NCBI GenBank assembly: GCA_963699755.1
Contig: CAVOVB010000004.1
Coordinates: 64,001-128,000, forward strand
Direction: 5' to 3'
DNA length: 64,000 bases
Origin: an uncultured delta proteobacterium
GTDB lineage: Bacteria; Myxococcota_A; Polyangia; Polyangiales; Houyiibacteriaceae
How positions within the stretch are numbered: position 1 is the stretch's first letter; each line of letters opens with the position of its first letter. Of this stretch, positions 37,233 to 46,411 are shown in pieces. Below the pieces are notes generated by a model. It made no database searches and was not told the DNA's origin. It worked only from the letters and a program-made list of their open reading frames with translations. The translations under genes and the position numbers were made by a program.

Positions 37233-39572
37233 GTGCCAGACCGTGCCTCAGTGAGCCTTGATGCGCTATCGGATTCCGTATGGGATCGGGTGGACCGTGG
37301 CGAGCTCGGGGAGGCGTTTCGCCTGATCTGGGCGGCCGGCGAGGGTCCAGAGCTCGCGGCCCCGGGGCAGCGCATGCGGGCCGAGCTTCAGGCTTACTGT
37401 GGAAACGAAGACGCGGCCCTCGCGCTGATTGCGGACCAGTCAGATGACTCGACCTCCATGGTTCGAGCGCGGGTGGCAGCTGCGCGCGGCGACTGGCAGG
37501 CAGCTTTGGACCACGCGCTCGCGGCGGTGCAGTCGTCGAGCCGAAGCCCCCGTACACCACTGCTCGCCGCGCGCGCGTGCATCGAGCTCGGGCGCCGCGA
37601 AGCGGCGGGCGGGCTGCTCGACCAGGTCGCCGAGGAGAGCCCGCAGCACGCGTTGGCTGTTGCGGCCCTCCGCGCGCGGCTATCGATCGACGAACCAGTG
37701 GCTGAGCTCGGTCGGATCGTGGAGCGCGCGCAAGCGGAAGGTGTCGCCCGCATTTGCGCGGAGGCCTGGGCCGACCGAAGCGAGCTCCATCGCGCTCGGA
37801 ACGAAGACGAAGCCATGCGAAAGGCAGCCCTGCGCGCCGTCGAGCTGTGGGACGATATGGCCACTTCGTTGCCGCCGCCCCTTCGCGCTGGCTTTTGGTG
37901 CGACGCCAAACGGCAGGCCATACGAAAGCAGTGCAAGCGCGAGAAAACCCAGGCTCACAGTTCCTCGAGAAGCAACCTCTCGACGCTGCTCGCCAATTTG
38001 CGAAGGCTCGCGAGCGAACGGGATCTTTCGAAGCTGCTGTCCCTCATCACCGATGGCGCCGTGGCCCTGAGCGGCGCCGAACGCGGCTTCGTCCTGTTGG
38101 TCGATGAGCAGGGGGCTCTCGAACCGAGGACCATTCGCGTCGCACAGAGCCTGCTGGGCGAGGATACCGCGGCCTTCAGCCGATCGATCGCGGAAACCGT
38201 GCTCATCGACGGCGAGCCTGTGGTCACGGTCGACGCGACACACGACGCCCGCGTCCAGGACTACATGTCGGTCCACCAGCTGATGCTCAAGTCCGTCGCC
38301 TGCCTTCCCATCGAGTCCCGGGGCCGAATCTGGGGAGTTCTCTATTTGGAGCACCGAAGTGCGAGCGGACGATTTTCTGGCACAGACCTCGACCTGCTTC
38401 GTGCCTATGCCGATCAGGCTGCCATCGCCATCGAAACCACGCATCTCTTCGAGCGCGTCGAGACTCAGAAACATGACCTTGAGCTTGCCAATACGGCACT
38501 AAGGGAGGCCAACGTGCAGCTCGAGCAGCGGCTACATGGGCAGACCGAGGCCCTTCAGCGGACACGTCGTGAGATCGCTTCGCTTCAGGCGTCAACAGCC
38601 GATGGTGAGCGCTGGGGCCTCGTCGGTGCAAGTGAAGGGATGCGGCGTGTGTACGAGCTACTCGACCGGCTAGCTGGCAGCGAAGTGCCAGTGGTGGTCA
38701 CCGGAGAGAGCGGAACAGGCAAGGAGCTCGTTGCTCGCGCGATTCATCGAGGCAGCGTGCGCGCCGATGCGCCCTACGTGTCGCTCAACTGCGGCACGAT
38801 TCCCGAAGGGATCCTCGAAAGCGAGCTCTTCGGTCACGTGGCCGGGGCGTTCACCGGAGCCCTACGCGCGCGCGAGGGAGTCTTTCAGCAGGCACATGGC
38901 GGCACACTGTTCATGGATGAAGTCGCCGACATGCCGGCACGCATGCAGCTCGACTTGCTCCGGGTCCTGCAGGAACGGCACATCCGCCCTGTTGGCGGCA
39001 CCGAGGAGAAGCCAATCGATGTCAGACTCGTGACGGCATCGAAACGTCCGCTCACCGAGCTGATCGACGAGGGCAAGCTGCGAGAGGACCTCTACTATCG
39101 ATTGGCGGTGGTAGAGGTCGCTCTGCCGCCGCTTCGCGAAAGGCGCTCGGATATTCCACTGCTCTGCGATCACTTCCTCCGGCTCATCGCGAAGGAGCGC
39201 GGAGAGCCGAGAAAGCGTCTGAGCCGTGATGCTCTGCAGCGTCTCTGTACCCACGACTTCCCCGGGAATGTTCGCGAGCTCGAGCACCTTCTGATCAACG
39301 CAACCGTGTTCGCCTCTTCGGACTGCATCGAAGCCGAAGAGCTCGCCATCGAGGCTGGCCGTGTTTCGCCACCCCGAATCACTGACCTCGGCAACTACGA
39401 TGACTTCAAGGAGGCCGAACGAGACCAGATTCTCGCCACGTTGAACACACATGGCTGGAATCGTGCGAAAGCAGCACGCGCGCTTGGGATGGCTCGACGG
39501 ACATTCTACCGCCGACTCAAGGAGCACGGAATCGAGCTTCCCGGGAAGGCTGGGTCGGATTCGCGGAGCTAG
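37233..39572 (+). CDS. sigma54-dependent enhancer-binding protein (TPR-like - GAF - AAA+ - Fis HTH)
   Basis: AERGF..FSRSI..SVACLP GAF domain, GESGTGKE, ESELFGH..GAFTGA, FMDEV, REDLYYRL, PGNVREL, NRAKAARALG. Confidence 0.95.
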   Translation: MPDRASVSLDALSDSVWDRVDRGELGEAFRLIWAAGEGPELAAPGQRMRAELQAYCGNEDAALALIADQSDDSTSMVRARVAAARGDWQAALDHALAAVQSSSRSPRTPLLAARACIELGRREAAGGLLDQVAEESPQHALAVAALRARLSIDEPVAELGRIVERAQAEGVARICAEAWADRSELHRARNEDEAMRKAALRAVELWDDMATSLPPPLRAGFWCDAKRQAIRKQCKREKTQAHSSSRSNLSTLLANLRRLASERDLSKLLSLITDGAVALSGAERGFVLLVDEQGALEPRTIRVAQSLLGEDTAAFSRSIAETVLIDGEPVVTVDATHDARVQDYMSVHQLMLKSVACLPIESRGRIWGVLYLEHRSASGRFSGTDLDLLRAYADQAAIAIETTHLFERVETQKHDLELANTALREANVQLEQRLHGQTEALQRTRREIASLQASTADGERWGLVGASEGMRRVYELLDRLAGSEVPVVVTGESGTGKELVARAIHRGSVRADAPYVSLNCGTIPEGILESELFGHVAGAFTGALRAREGVFQQAHGGTLFMDEVADMPARMQLDLLRVLQERHIRPVGGTEEKPIDVRLVTASKRPLTELIDEGKLREDLYYRLAVVEVALPPLRERRSDIPLLCDHFLRLIAKERGEPRKRLSRDALQRLCTHDFPGNVRELEHLLINATVFASSDCIEAEELAIEAGRVSPPRITDLGNYDDFKEAERDQILATLNTHGWNRAKAARALGMARRTFYRRLKEHGIELPGKAGSDSRS

Positions 39573-40498
39573 AGGCTCGCAGGTGAGATAGCGCTCGAAA
39601 CCCCGGCATCGTACTGTTCCGGCGTCTCCCCCGGGGGAAGGTACAAGGGCGGCTCTCCCGGTCGTGACCAATCGACCCAGTAAACTCCCTTCGAGCGGAC
39701 ATCGATGTGGACGAAGCTGCTGCGGGGGTAGTAACCGACCCCGACTTTGTTGAGCGTCAAGCAATAGTCCCGCAGGACCTCATTCGGGACACCTTCGACT
39801 CGAATGTCGATCGCTTGCCCGCTCGTGTGACGACTCGAGCCGGCATCGTCGCTCTTCTCGGAGCGATAGGCGCTGACCACGATGATGCTTCGCCCGTTGA
39901 ACTGGTCTGCGAGATAGGCGAGCACGCGCAACAGTCGGATGTCTGGGCTCTTCTCTTCATCATTTTCCCGGTCTCGAAGGAAACGACCGAGTCGCTTCCG
40001 TGCCTTTGGGTCTGGCTTCCCGCCCACGTCGAACAGGCGCACGCGGAGCGTCTCCTGACTGGCTGGACGGGCAAGTGTGACCAATCCGTTCATGATCGTC
40101 TTCCGCGCCTTGCTCTCCTTCGCGCTCTGACTGTAGCCGGGAAGCTCGAGCCGCTGCCCAACTCGCAGGGTGGACTCGGGTTTGAGACGATTCGCGTTGG
40201 CGAGTGCCTTGACGCTCACCTTATTGAGTTGCGCGATTCCCGTGAGCGTCTGCCCCGGATAGACGTAGACCACGCCCTTGGGCGGAATCCGGAGAACCTG
40301 GCCTAGGCGAAGGTTGGAGGTCTTCGTCAATCGATTTGCGGCCGCGAGATTCGTTGCCGAGACACGATATCGATTCGCAATGAGGCTCAGCGTCTCACCT
40401 TCCCGTACGGTGTGCTTTCGTTGGGCATGTGCAGGCACGTGCAGAAGGAAGACCAAGAACACCACAGCGACCGCGCGCCACGCCCAATTCCAGCTCAT
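39569..40498 (-). CDS. LysM x2 plus DUF882/YcbK (peptidase M15) cell-wall endopeptidase
   Basis: HTVREGETL..L...N.L repeats, SAYRS, SRHTSGQAIDI, VGYYP..FVHIDVR. Confidence 0.9.
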   Translation of the reverse strand: MSWNWAWRAVAVVFLVFLLHVPAHAQRKHTVREGETLSLIANRYRVSATNLAAANRLTKTSNLRLGQVLRIPPKGVVYVYPGQTLTGIAQLNKVSVKALANANRLKPESTLRVGQRLELPGYSQSAKESKARKTIMNGLVTLARPASQETLRVRLFDVGGKPDPKARKRLGRFLRDRENDEEKSPDIRLLRVLAYLADQFNGRSIIVVSAYRSEKSDDAGSSRHTSGQAIDIRVEGVPNEVLRDYCLTLNKVGVGYYPRSSFVHIDVRSKGVYWVDWSRPGEPPLYLPPGETPEQYDAGVSSAISPASL

Positions 40499-40685
40499 CA
40501 CGACCCAGCGAGTATTGACGAGTCCGAGGGGAGAGCAACTTAGACGCCATCATCTCGGTTTTTTTGCCTTCAGCGGCAAGCGTTGCGACCATGAATTCTG
40601 ACACCTTCGTTCGTTGACATTCGGTGGGTTCGCGCGTCGAGCACAAGCAGTGCCTGGCGATCGCGGATGTCAGTGTTCCGCTCAC

Positions 40686-40742
40686 TAGGTTTACCTAATT
40701 TAGGCATAATTAACACATAAATTAGCGCTAAATTTTCCTAAG
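40686..40742. promoter_or_regulatory. AT-rich cluster of palindromes upstream of HTH-pilMNOPQ
   Basis: TAGGTttACCTA (40686-40697), CCTAAtTTAGG (40694-40704), TTAGCGCTAA (40722-40731). Confidence 0.5.
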
Positions 40743-40821
40743 TTGCTTGACCCTAGAGTGGTTCGGTCATAGCCTGTTCGAGGAAGGGCGCGGTGTGTGT
40801 TCCTCCTCAGTGAGTTAGGCG

Positions 40822-41145
40822 ATGAGCTACGACCCAGAGGCAAACAAAGCGATGCAAAAGCCCAATACCTTGGGTGCTTCGCCCTCTGATGCGAGCGACC
40901 GAGAAGGGGCTGCGAAGCCCAACGCGAATAAGAAAAGCGGCAATAAGCCCAACAATGTTCGCATGATCCGAATCGAGCGCATGATGTCCAAAGCTGAGTT
41001 GGCTCGACGCGCGAACCTATCGGTGTTGACGATTGATCGTGTCGAGAAGGGTTTTGGATGTCGGATGGACACAAAACGAAAGATTCTCGAAGCTTTGGGT
41101 CTGAGGCTCGCCGACAGGGTACGTGTGTTCGGCGAGGAGGAGTAG
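40822..41145 (+). CDS. XRE/Cro-type HTH transcriptional regulator
   Basis: NNVRMIR..MMSKAELARRANLSVLTIDRVEKG. Start uncertain. Confidence 0.88.
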   Translation: MSYDPEANKAMQKPNTLGASPSDASDREGAAKPNANKKSGNKPNNVRMIRIERMMSKAELARRANLSVLTIDRVEKGFGCRMDTKRKILEALGLRLADRVRVFGEEE

Positions 41146-41154
41146 CGTGCCTAC

Positions 41155-42207
41155 ATGGCGTCTGAGGGGAAGAACTTAATCGGCGTCGACATCGGTTCGA
41201 GCGCGATAAAAGTTTGTGAAATCAAAGAGGGTCGCCGGGGGACACGAACCATCACCAGGTTCGGCTATCACCCTCTGCCCGCAGAAACCATCGTGGATGG
41301 TCACATCATCAACTCCGGCGCGGTCGTCGAAGGGCTCGAGAAGCTTTTCGCGAGCAGCAAGCGGCGTAACGTCGCCCTCCGCGCCAGTGGCCACAGCGTG
41401 ATCATCAAGAAGATCTCCATGCCGCTGATGACGGCTGCCGAGCTCCACGAGCAGATCAACTGGGAAGCGGAGCAGCACATCCCGTTTGACCTCGACGAGG
41501 TGCACGTCGACTACGAAGTGCTCCACGAGCGCGCCGACCACGGGCAGATGGATGTCTTGCTCGTCGCGGCAAAGAAGGAAGAAATCACCGATCTCACGAA
41601 CCTGGCGATGGAAGCTCGACTTCGTCCGATGGTTGTCGACCTGGACGCGTTCACGATTCAAAACGTGTTCGAAGCGGGCTACGGACAGGCCGCGCAAGAT
41701 GAGACCACGGTCCTGGTACACTGCGGCGCTTCAACCACGACGGTGAACATCCTCGCGGACGGAACGACCTCGTTTACCCGTGACATCGCCAACGGCGGAA
41801 ACTCGATTACCGAGGAGATTCAGCGGCAACTCGGGATCGGTCGGGACGAGGCCGAGTCATACAAATGCGGAGGGGAAGGGCGCGGAATCGTGCCCCGCGA
41901 GGTCCCAGAGATCGTCAATCAGGCCGTCGAGCAGCTCGCGGGCGAGATTCAGCGCTCCCTCGACTTCTATCTGGCCACGAGCGGCGATCGAGAGCTGAGC
42001 CGGATTTGCGTATCCGGTGGTACGGCCAACATCCAGTCGCTCTTGGATACCCTACAAGAGCGGGCTCAGGTGCCTGTCGAGGCGCTGGACCCAACACGCG
42101 TAGCCGATGTGGACGAGAAAGCGGTCGCAGAGCTTCAGGGCCGAGCGTCGCAGGCTGTGGTCAGCATCGGCCTGGCTCTGCGAAAAGAGCGGGAGCGTAA
42201 CTCATGA
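41155..42207 (+). CDS. pilM: Type IV pilus assembly protein PilM
   Basis: GVDIGSSAIK, EAEQHIPF, LLVAAK, EIQRSLDFY, SGG.A, IGLALR. Confidence 0.96.
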   Translation: MASEGKNLIGVDIGSSAIKVCEIKEGRRGTRTITRFGYHPLPAETIVDGHIINSGAVVEGLEKLFASSKRRNVALRASGHSVIIKKISMPLMTAAELHEQINWEAEQHIPFDLDEVHVDYEVLHERADHGQMDVLLVAAKKEEITDLTNLAMEARLRPMVVDLDAFTIQNVFEAGYGQAAQDETTVLVHCGASTTTVNILADGTTSFTRDIANGGNSITEEIQRQLGIGRDEAESYKCGGEGRGIVPREVPEIVNQAVEQLAGEIQRSLDFYLATSGDRELSRICVSGGTANIQSLLDTLQERAQVPVEALDPTRVADVDEKAVAELQGRASQAVVSIGLALRKERERNS

Positions 42208-42875
42208 TTCGCATCAACCTGCTACCGACGGACAAAAAGAAGCGCGCTCGGCGCGTAGCCCCTTCGGCCCTTCCTGCGGGCGACCTTAGTCTCCGGACCT
42301 GGGGCATCGTCTATGCCGCTGCGATTAGCGCCTGGCTGCTCGTTCTTGGCGTCCTCTACTTCGCGCAGAGCGGCGAGATGGAAACGATCGCGCAAGAGAA
42401 CAAGACCCTTGAGGCGCGTCGGGACGAGCTGAAGCGCAAGACCAAGGGGCTGGCCGAAGTCGAAGCGCGGCTCGAAAAGAGCCGAGGTCTCGAAAAGGTC
42501 GTTCAAGACCTGGAGCGCGCGCGTCGTGGCCCAACTCGCGCCATCATGGAGCTTTCCAAAGTGCTGAGTAGCCCCGGGGGTCCGACGATCAACCCCGCCG
42601 AGCTCGAGCGAATGCGCCAAGAAAACCCGCTCGCCGGATTCAACGAATCCTGGGACGTGCGCCGGCTCTGGCTTACCCGCTTCGAGGAAATCGAACGGGA
42701 CTGCAAGATCACCGGGATGGGGCGTTCCAACGAGGATGTTGCCGAGTTCTTGCGTCGGCTGACCCTGAGCGACATCTATGACGACGTGACACTCCAGCGG
42801 ACCCGCGCGGCGAGCGACCCGGCGACCGGCCTGCCAATGGTGGGCTTCGATATTACGTGCAAGGTGAGGTACTGA
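42204..42875 (+). CDS. pilN: Type IV pilus assembly protein PilN
   Basis: MIRINLLP motif, TM segment, coiled coil. Confidence 0.94.
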   Translation: MIRINLLPTDKKKRARRVAPSALPAGDLSLRTWGIVYAAAISAWLLVLGVLYFAQSGEMETIAQENKTLEARRDELKRKTKGLAEVEARLEKSRGLEKVVQDLERARRGPTRAIMELSKVLSSPGGPTINPAELERMRQENPLAGFNESWDVRRLWLTRFEEIERDCKITGMGRSNEDVAEFLRRLTLSDIYDDVTLQRTRAASDPATGLPMVGFDITCKVRY

Positions 42876-43459
42876 TGCCAAGTCTCGAAGATCGATTCGT
42901 TGGCATACCGGGCTGGGGCAAGGCATTGGTCCTCGTCGCGGTGCTCGCCTTGCTGACCGTCGGGTACTACACATTCGTCCACAGCAGCATTTCGAGCGAC
43001 GTTCAGCGTGCTGAGGAGACGAAAAAGCAGCTCGAGGAGCAGATTCTCGACGCCCAGCGGCGCGAGAAGCAGTATCTCGAGCTCACCCAGGAGCTCGCCA
43101 ACCGAGAGGTCGCAGACCGGCAGAACCGACGGGTCCTTCCCGAGGATGCCGAGATCGCCTCTTTCCTCCAAGACCTCAACCGCGTGGCCGAGCTCAGCGG
43201 CTTGACGATTCGCCTGGTCGAGCCTCGCCCCGAGCAACGCCAGGAGCTGTACTCGAAGATCCCGGTCGTCCTCGCACTCACGGGTCGATTTCATCAAATG
43301 GGGAAGTTCTTCTACAACGTGAGCAAGTTGGACCGGGCAATCAGCCTAGAGAACATTCAGATGACGAAGCCCACGCTGATGCCATCCGGGGAATTGCTGA
43401 TAGACGTGGATGTCCGCGCCACTACCTACCGGCGTCCGCCAGCCGAAGGGAAGAAGTAG
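42875..43459 (+). CDS. pilO: Type IV pilus assembly protein PilO
   Basis: TM segment, coiled coil, LP...EI..FL, SGL, G.FH..G.F; operon position. Confidence 0.94.
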   Translation: MPSLEDRFVGIPGWGKALVLVAVLALLTVGYYTFVHSSISSDVQRAEETKKQLEEQILDAQRREKQYLELTQELANREVADRQNRRVLPEDAEIASFLQDLNRVAELSGLTIRLVEPRPEQRQELYSKIPVVLALTGRFHQMGKFFYNVSKLDRAISLENIQMTKPTLMPSGELLIDVDVRATTYRRPPAEGKK

Positions 43460-43465
43460 CCTGCC

Positions 43466-44083
43466 ATGAGCTCCAAGATTCGAGTTTTCGCGTGCCTGCT
43501 TTTCGTCGCCACCGTCGCCATGGTGGGGTGCGGGGGGGATGAGGAAGAGTATGCGGGAGGGCTGGGCAGTGGCGCCGAAAGTGATTCAGACACTGCCAAG
43601 TCCGACTCAGAACGCGCCGATAAGGTGGCGTCCGAGTTAGACGCTGCAACGGTCGTATATAGCGACGAAGATTTCTCGGAGCTAGACGTTCAAAATCGTG
43701 ATCCGTTCCGTTCGTATGCGCAGGCGTTCAAGGCGCAAGCCGCAGCTCCCGCGCAGCGCCGGGTCCTCTTGCCGAGCACTAGCTTGGACGAGATGAAACT
43801 GATCGCGATCGTGACGGGCATCGCGACCCCTCGGGCCATGCTTACCGACACTGCACAAGTCGGACACGTGATCCGTGCTGGTGACTACATCGGTCGCCCC
43901 GAAGTGGTACAGACCGGAGGTTCAGAGGGTATGCCGGTCACACTGAACTGGCGTGTGGATCGAATCCGTCCAGGCTCGGTCGTGCTGACACGAGAAGATC
44001 CGACTGCGCCAGACAAACCGCCGTTGACGCGCGTGATGCCCCTTCATGAAGCTGGCGAAGCACCACAGTTCACGACGCCCTGA
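43466..44083 (+). CDS. pilP: Type IV pilus assembly lipoprotein PilP
   Basis: Lipobox MVGC, RDPF, L..MKL.AI, GDYIG. Confidence 0.9.
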   Translation: MSSKIRVFACLLFVATVAMVGCGGDEEEYAGGLGSGAESDSDTAKSDSERADKVASELDAATVVYSDEDFSELDVQNRDPFRSYAQAFKAQAAAPAQRRVLLPSTSLDEMKLIAIVTGIATPRAMLTDTAQVGHVIRAGDYIGRPEVVQTGGSEGMPVTLNWRVDRIRPGSVVLTREDPTAPDKPPLTRVMPLHEAGEAPQFTTP

Positions 44084-44178
44084 TCTTCTGAAGCCCTTTG
44101 CGCAGATATTCCGTCGTTTTCTTGCGCCGGCCCACGCTGCCGTTCGATGATTAACGGGAGCTGGCAGAGGAGTCAGGA

Positions 44179-46347
44179 ATGCGTATTCATTGGGGTCTTG
44201 CAATCGCCGTGGCAGCAACTTTCGCATGGGTCGACATGGCCCAGGCGGCAGGGCCAAAAATCGACGGTGTCCGTGTCAACGGCGCGCGTGACGAGGCTCA
44301 GGTCTCCATCGACGGTGCGTTCAACGATCCGAAGTATGCGGTTCGCACTCGAGATGATGGTCGACTCATCATCATCGACGTCGAGGACGCTGCCCTACCG
44401 TCTGGCGGAATCCAAACCACCGGGAGCAACTCGCTGGTTGCGCGTACGGTCGCTAGCAACACGGCGAGGGGCGCTCGCATCGAGCTGACGCTCACGGGGA
44501 AGGCGACTTACCACGCGCGCGCAACGGAGAACGGCATCACGGTCAAGCTCCGTCGTGAGGAAGCGGCTACCCCAGCAAAGACCAAGATGCATGGGACCCC
44601 GAACGGGCCCAGTGTCGAGGGTATCCACCTGGAGCAAAAGGACGGTCGCGATCGCGTCGTAATCTCGCTTAGCGGTGCTGCGGAGTTTCGCGTGTCCACA
44701 CGCGCGGGCGCTCCGCCCCGACTCGAGGTGCTTGGTGCACGCGTCGACTCCGGCGCAAAGAGACGCATCGAAGCACCACGGGGCTCGCTGATCGACTCGA
44801 TCGAGCTGGAGCAAAAAGGCGATCGCGCGGTGATCGAGGTTCATGGGTCTGAAGGGTCCGCGGGCACGGCCATTCGCTCCGGGGATCGAATCGTTTGGAT
44901 GTTCTCGCCGACGAGCGCCGATACTAGGCCACATACGCGAACCCTCGCCAGGGAGAAGGACTACGCCGCCGAAGTGGACGGGCCGGAGGTCGCTGGCTTT
45001 CTCAGCAAGATGCCGATGCAGGCGGGCGGAAAGGCCGCACGGCGGTACTCGGGTCGTCGGATCGATCTGGACTTCAAAGACGCCGACATCCACAACATTC
45101 TGCGCCTGCTCTCTGAGGTGGGCGGCGTGAACGTCGTCACCGCAGACAATGTCGGTGGCACGGTCACCATTCGGATGCGCGACGTCCCCTGGGATCAAGC
45201 GCTCGACGTCGTCCTGCAAGCCAAGGCTCTGGGTATGGTGCGGCAGGGCAACCTGCTGCGCGTTGCGCCGCTCGCTCAACTCGAGCAAGAGCGGGAGGCC
45301 GCCATCGCTCGTCAGAAGCAGCAACAACAACTCGCTCCGCTCGAGACCCGGTTGGTACCGGTGAGCTACGCGACGGCAAACAACCTGCAACCCCGGGTTC
45401 GCGAGCTGCTGACCGATCGTGGCTCGGTCTCGGTCGACACCCGTACAAACATGCTGATCGTCCGTGACATCGTCGGCCAACTCGACGACGTCGAAGATCT
45501 CGTACGGAGCCTCGACACTCAGACGCCGCAGGTACTCATCGAATCGCGAATCGTCGAAGCCAGCAGCAGCTACTCACGAGACATCGGTATTCAATGGGGC
45601 GGCAACGCGGTCATGAGCAGCGCCACGGGCAACCCCACCGGCCTTCGGTTCCCGTCTGACATCGGCATCGCGGGCGGTGTGCCTCAGCAGGACGGACCTT
45701 CGAACGGCCTGTCTCCGTTCAACCCCAGCTTGACCAATCCAAACTTCGCAGTGAACTTGCCGGCTGTTACCGGAAGCGGCGCAGGTGGTGCGCTGGGTCT
45801 GACGCTGGGGAGCCTCAGCGGCGCAGTGAATCTCAACGTTCGTTTGAGCGCTGCGGAAGCGGCTGGCTCCGTTCGCATCATCAGCTCGCCTCGGATCTTG
45901 ACCTTGGACAACAACGAGGCGTCGATTTCGCAAGGTACGTTGATCCCCTTCTCACAGGTAAGCGCACAGGGCGTCAACACCGCATTCCAGGAAGCCAAGC
46001 TCGAGCTGAACGTCACGCCGCATGTGACGAGTGATGGCTCCGTAGCCATGGATGTGAAGATCACGCGCAACGAGCCAGACTTCGGCCGAACAGGCGCGAA
46101 CGGACAACCGACGATTCTAGAACGAGAGGCCACTACACAGCTGCTCGTCGACGATGGTGATACCGCCGTCATCGGCGGCATCTACACGCGAAACACCGGC
46201 CGAAACGTCGACCAAGTGCCGTTCTTTGGCGATATCCCGGTTCTCGGCGTCTTCTTCAAGCGCCGTCGTTTCCGCGAGGACCGGAACGAGCTCCTCATCT
46301 TCCTCACCCCGAGGATCGTGAACAGGGCGCTCGCGCTGCCGGAATAG
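44179..46347 (+). CDS. pilQ: Type IV pilus secretin PilQ
   Basis: AMIN-like N-terminus, YSGRRIDLDFKDADI, VPWDQAL, QVLIESRIVEA, L.VTP, VPFFGDIPVLG, ELLIFLTPRI. Confidence 0.97.
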   Translation: MRIHWGLAIAVAATFAWVDMAQAAGPKIDGVRVNGARDEAQVSIDGAFNDPKYAVRTRDDGRLIIIDVEDAALPSGGIQTTGSNSLVARTVASNTARGARIELTLTGKATYHARATENGITVKLRREEAATPAKTKMHGTPNGPSVEGIHLEQKDGRDRVVISLSGAAEFRVSTRAGAPPRLEVLGARVDSGAKRRIEAPRGSLIDSIELEQKGDRAVIEVHGSEGSAGTAIRSGDRIVWMFSPTSADTRPHTRTLAREKDYAAEVDGPEVAGFLSKMPMQAGGKAARRYSGRRIDLDFKDADIHNILRLLSEVGGVNVVTADNVGGTVTIRMRDVPWDQALDVVLQAKALGMVRQGNLLRVAPLAQLEQEREAAIARQKQQQQLAPLETRLVPVSYATANNLQPRVRELLTDRGSVSVDTRTNMLIVRDIVGQLDDVEDLVRSLDTQTPQVLIESRIVEASSSYSRDIGIQWGGNAVMSSATGNPTGLRFPSDIGIAGGVPQQDGPSNGLSPFNPSLTNPNFAVNLPAVTGSGAGGALGLTLGSLSGAVNLNVRLSAAEAAGSVRIISSPRILTLDNNEASISQGTLIPFSQVSAQGVNTAFQEAKLELNVTPHVTSDGSVAMDVKITRNEPDFGRTGANGQPTILEREATTQLLVDDGDTAVIGGIYTRNTGRNVDQVPFFGDIPVLGVFFKRRRFREDRNELLIFLTPRIVNRALALPE

Positions 46348-46411
46348 TCTTCGGACGGGCACCGGTTCCGGGGCCTGGTTGAAGCCCGTGACTGAAGGCA
46401 GGGGGGCTCGT

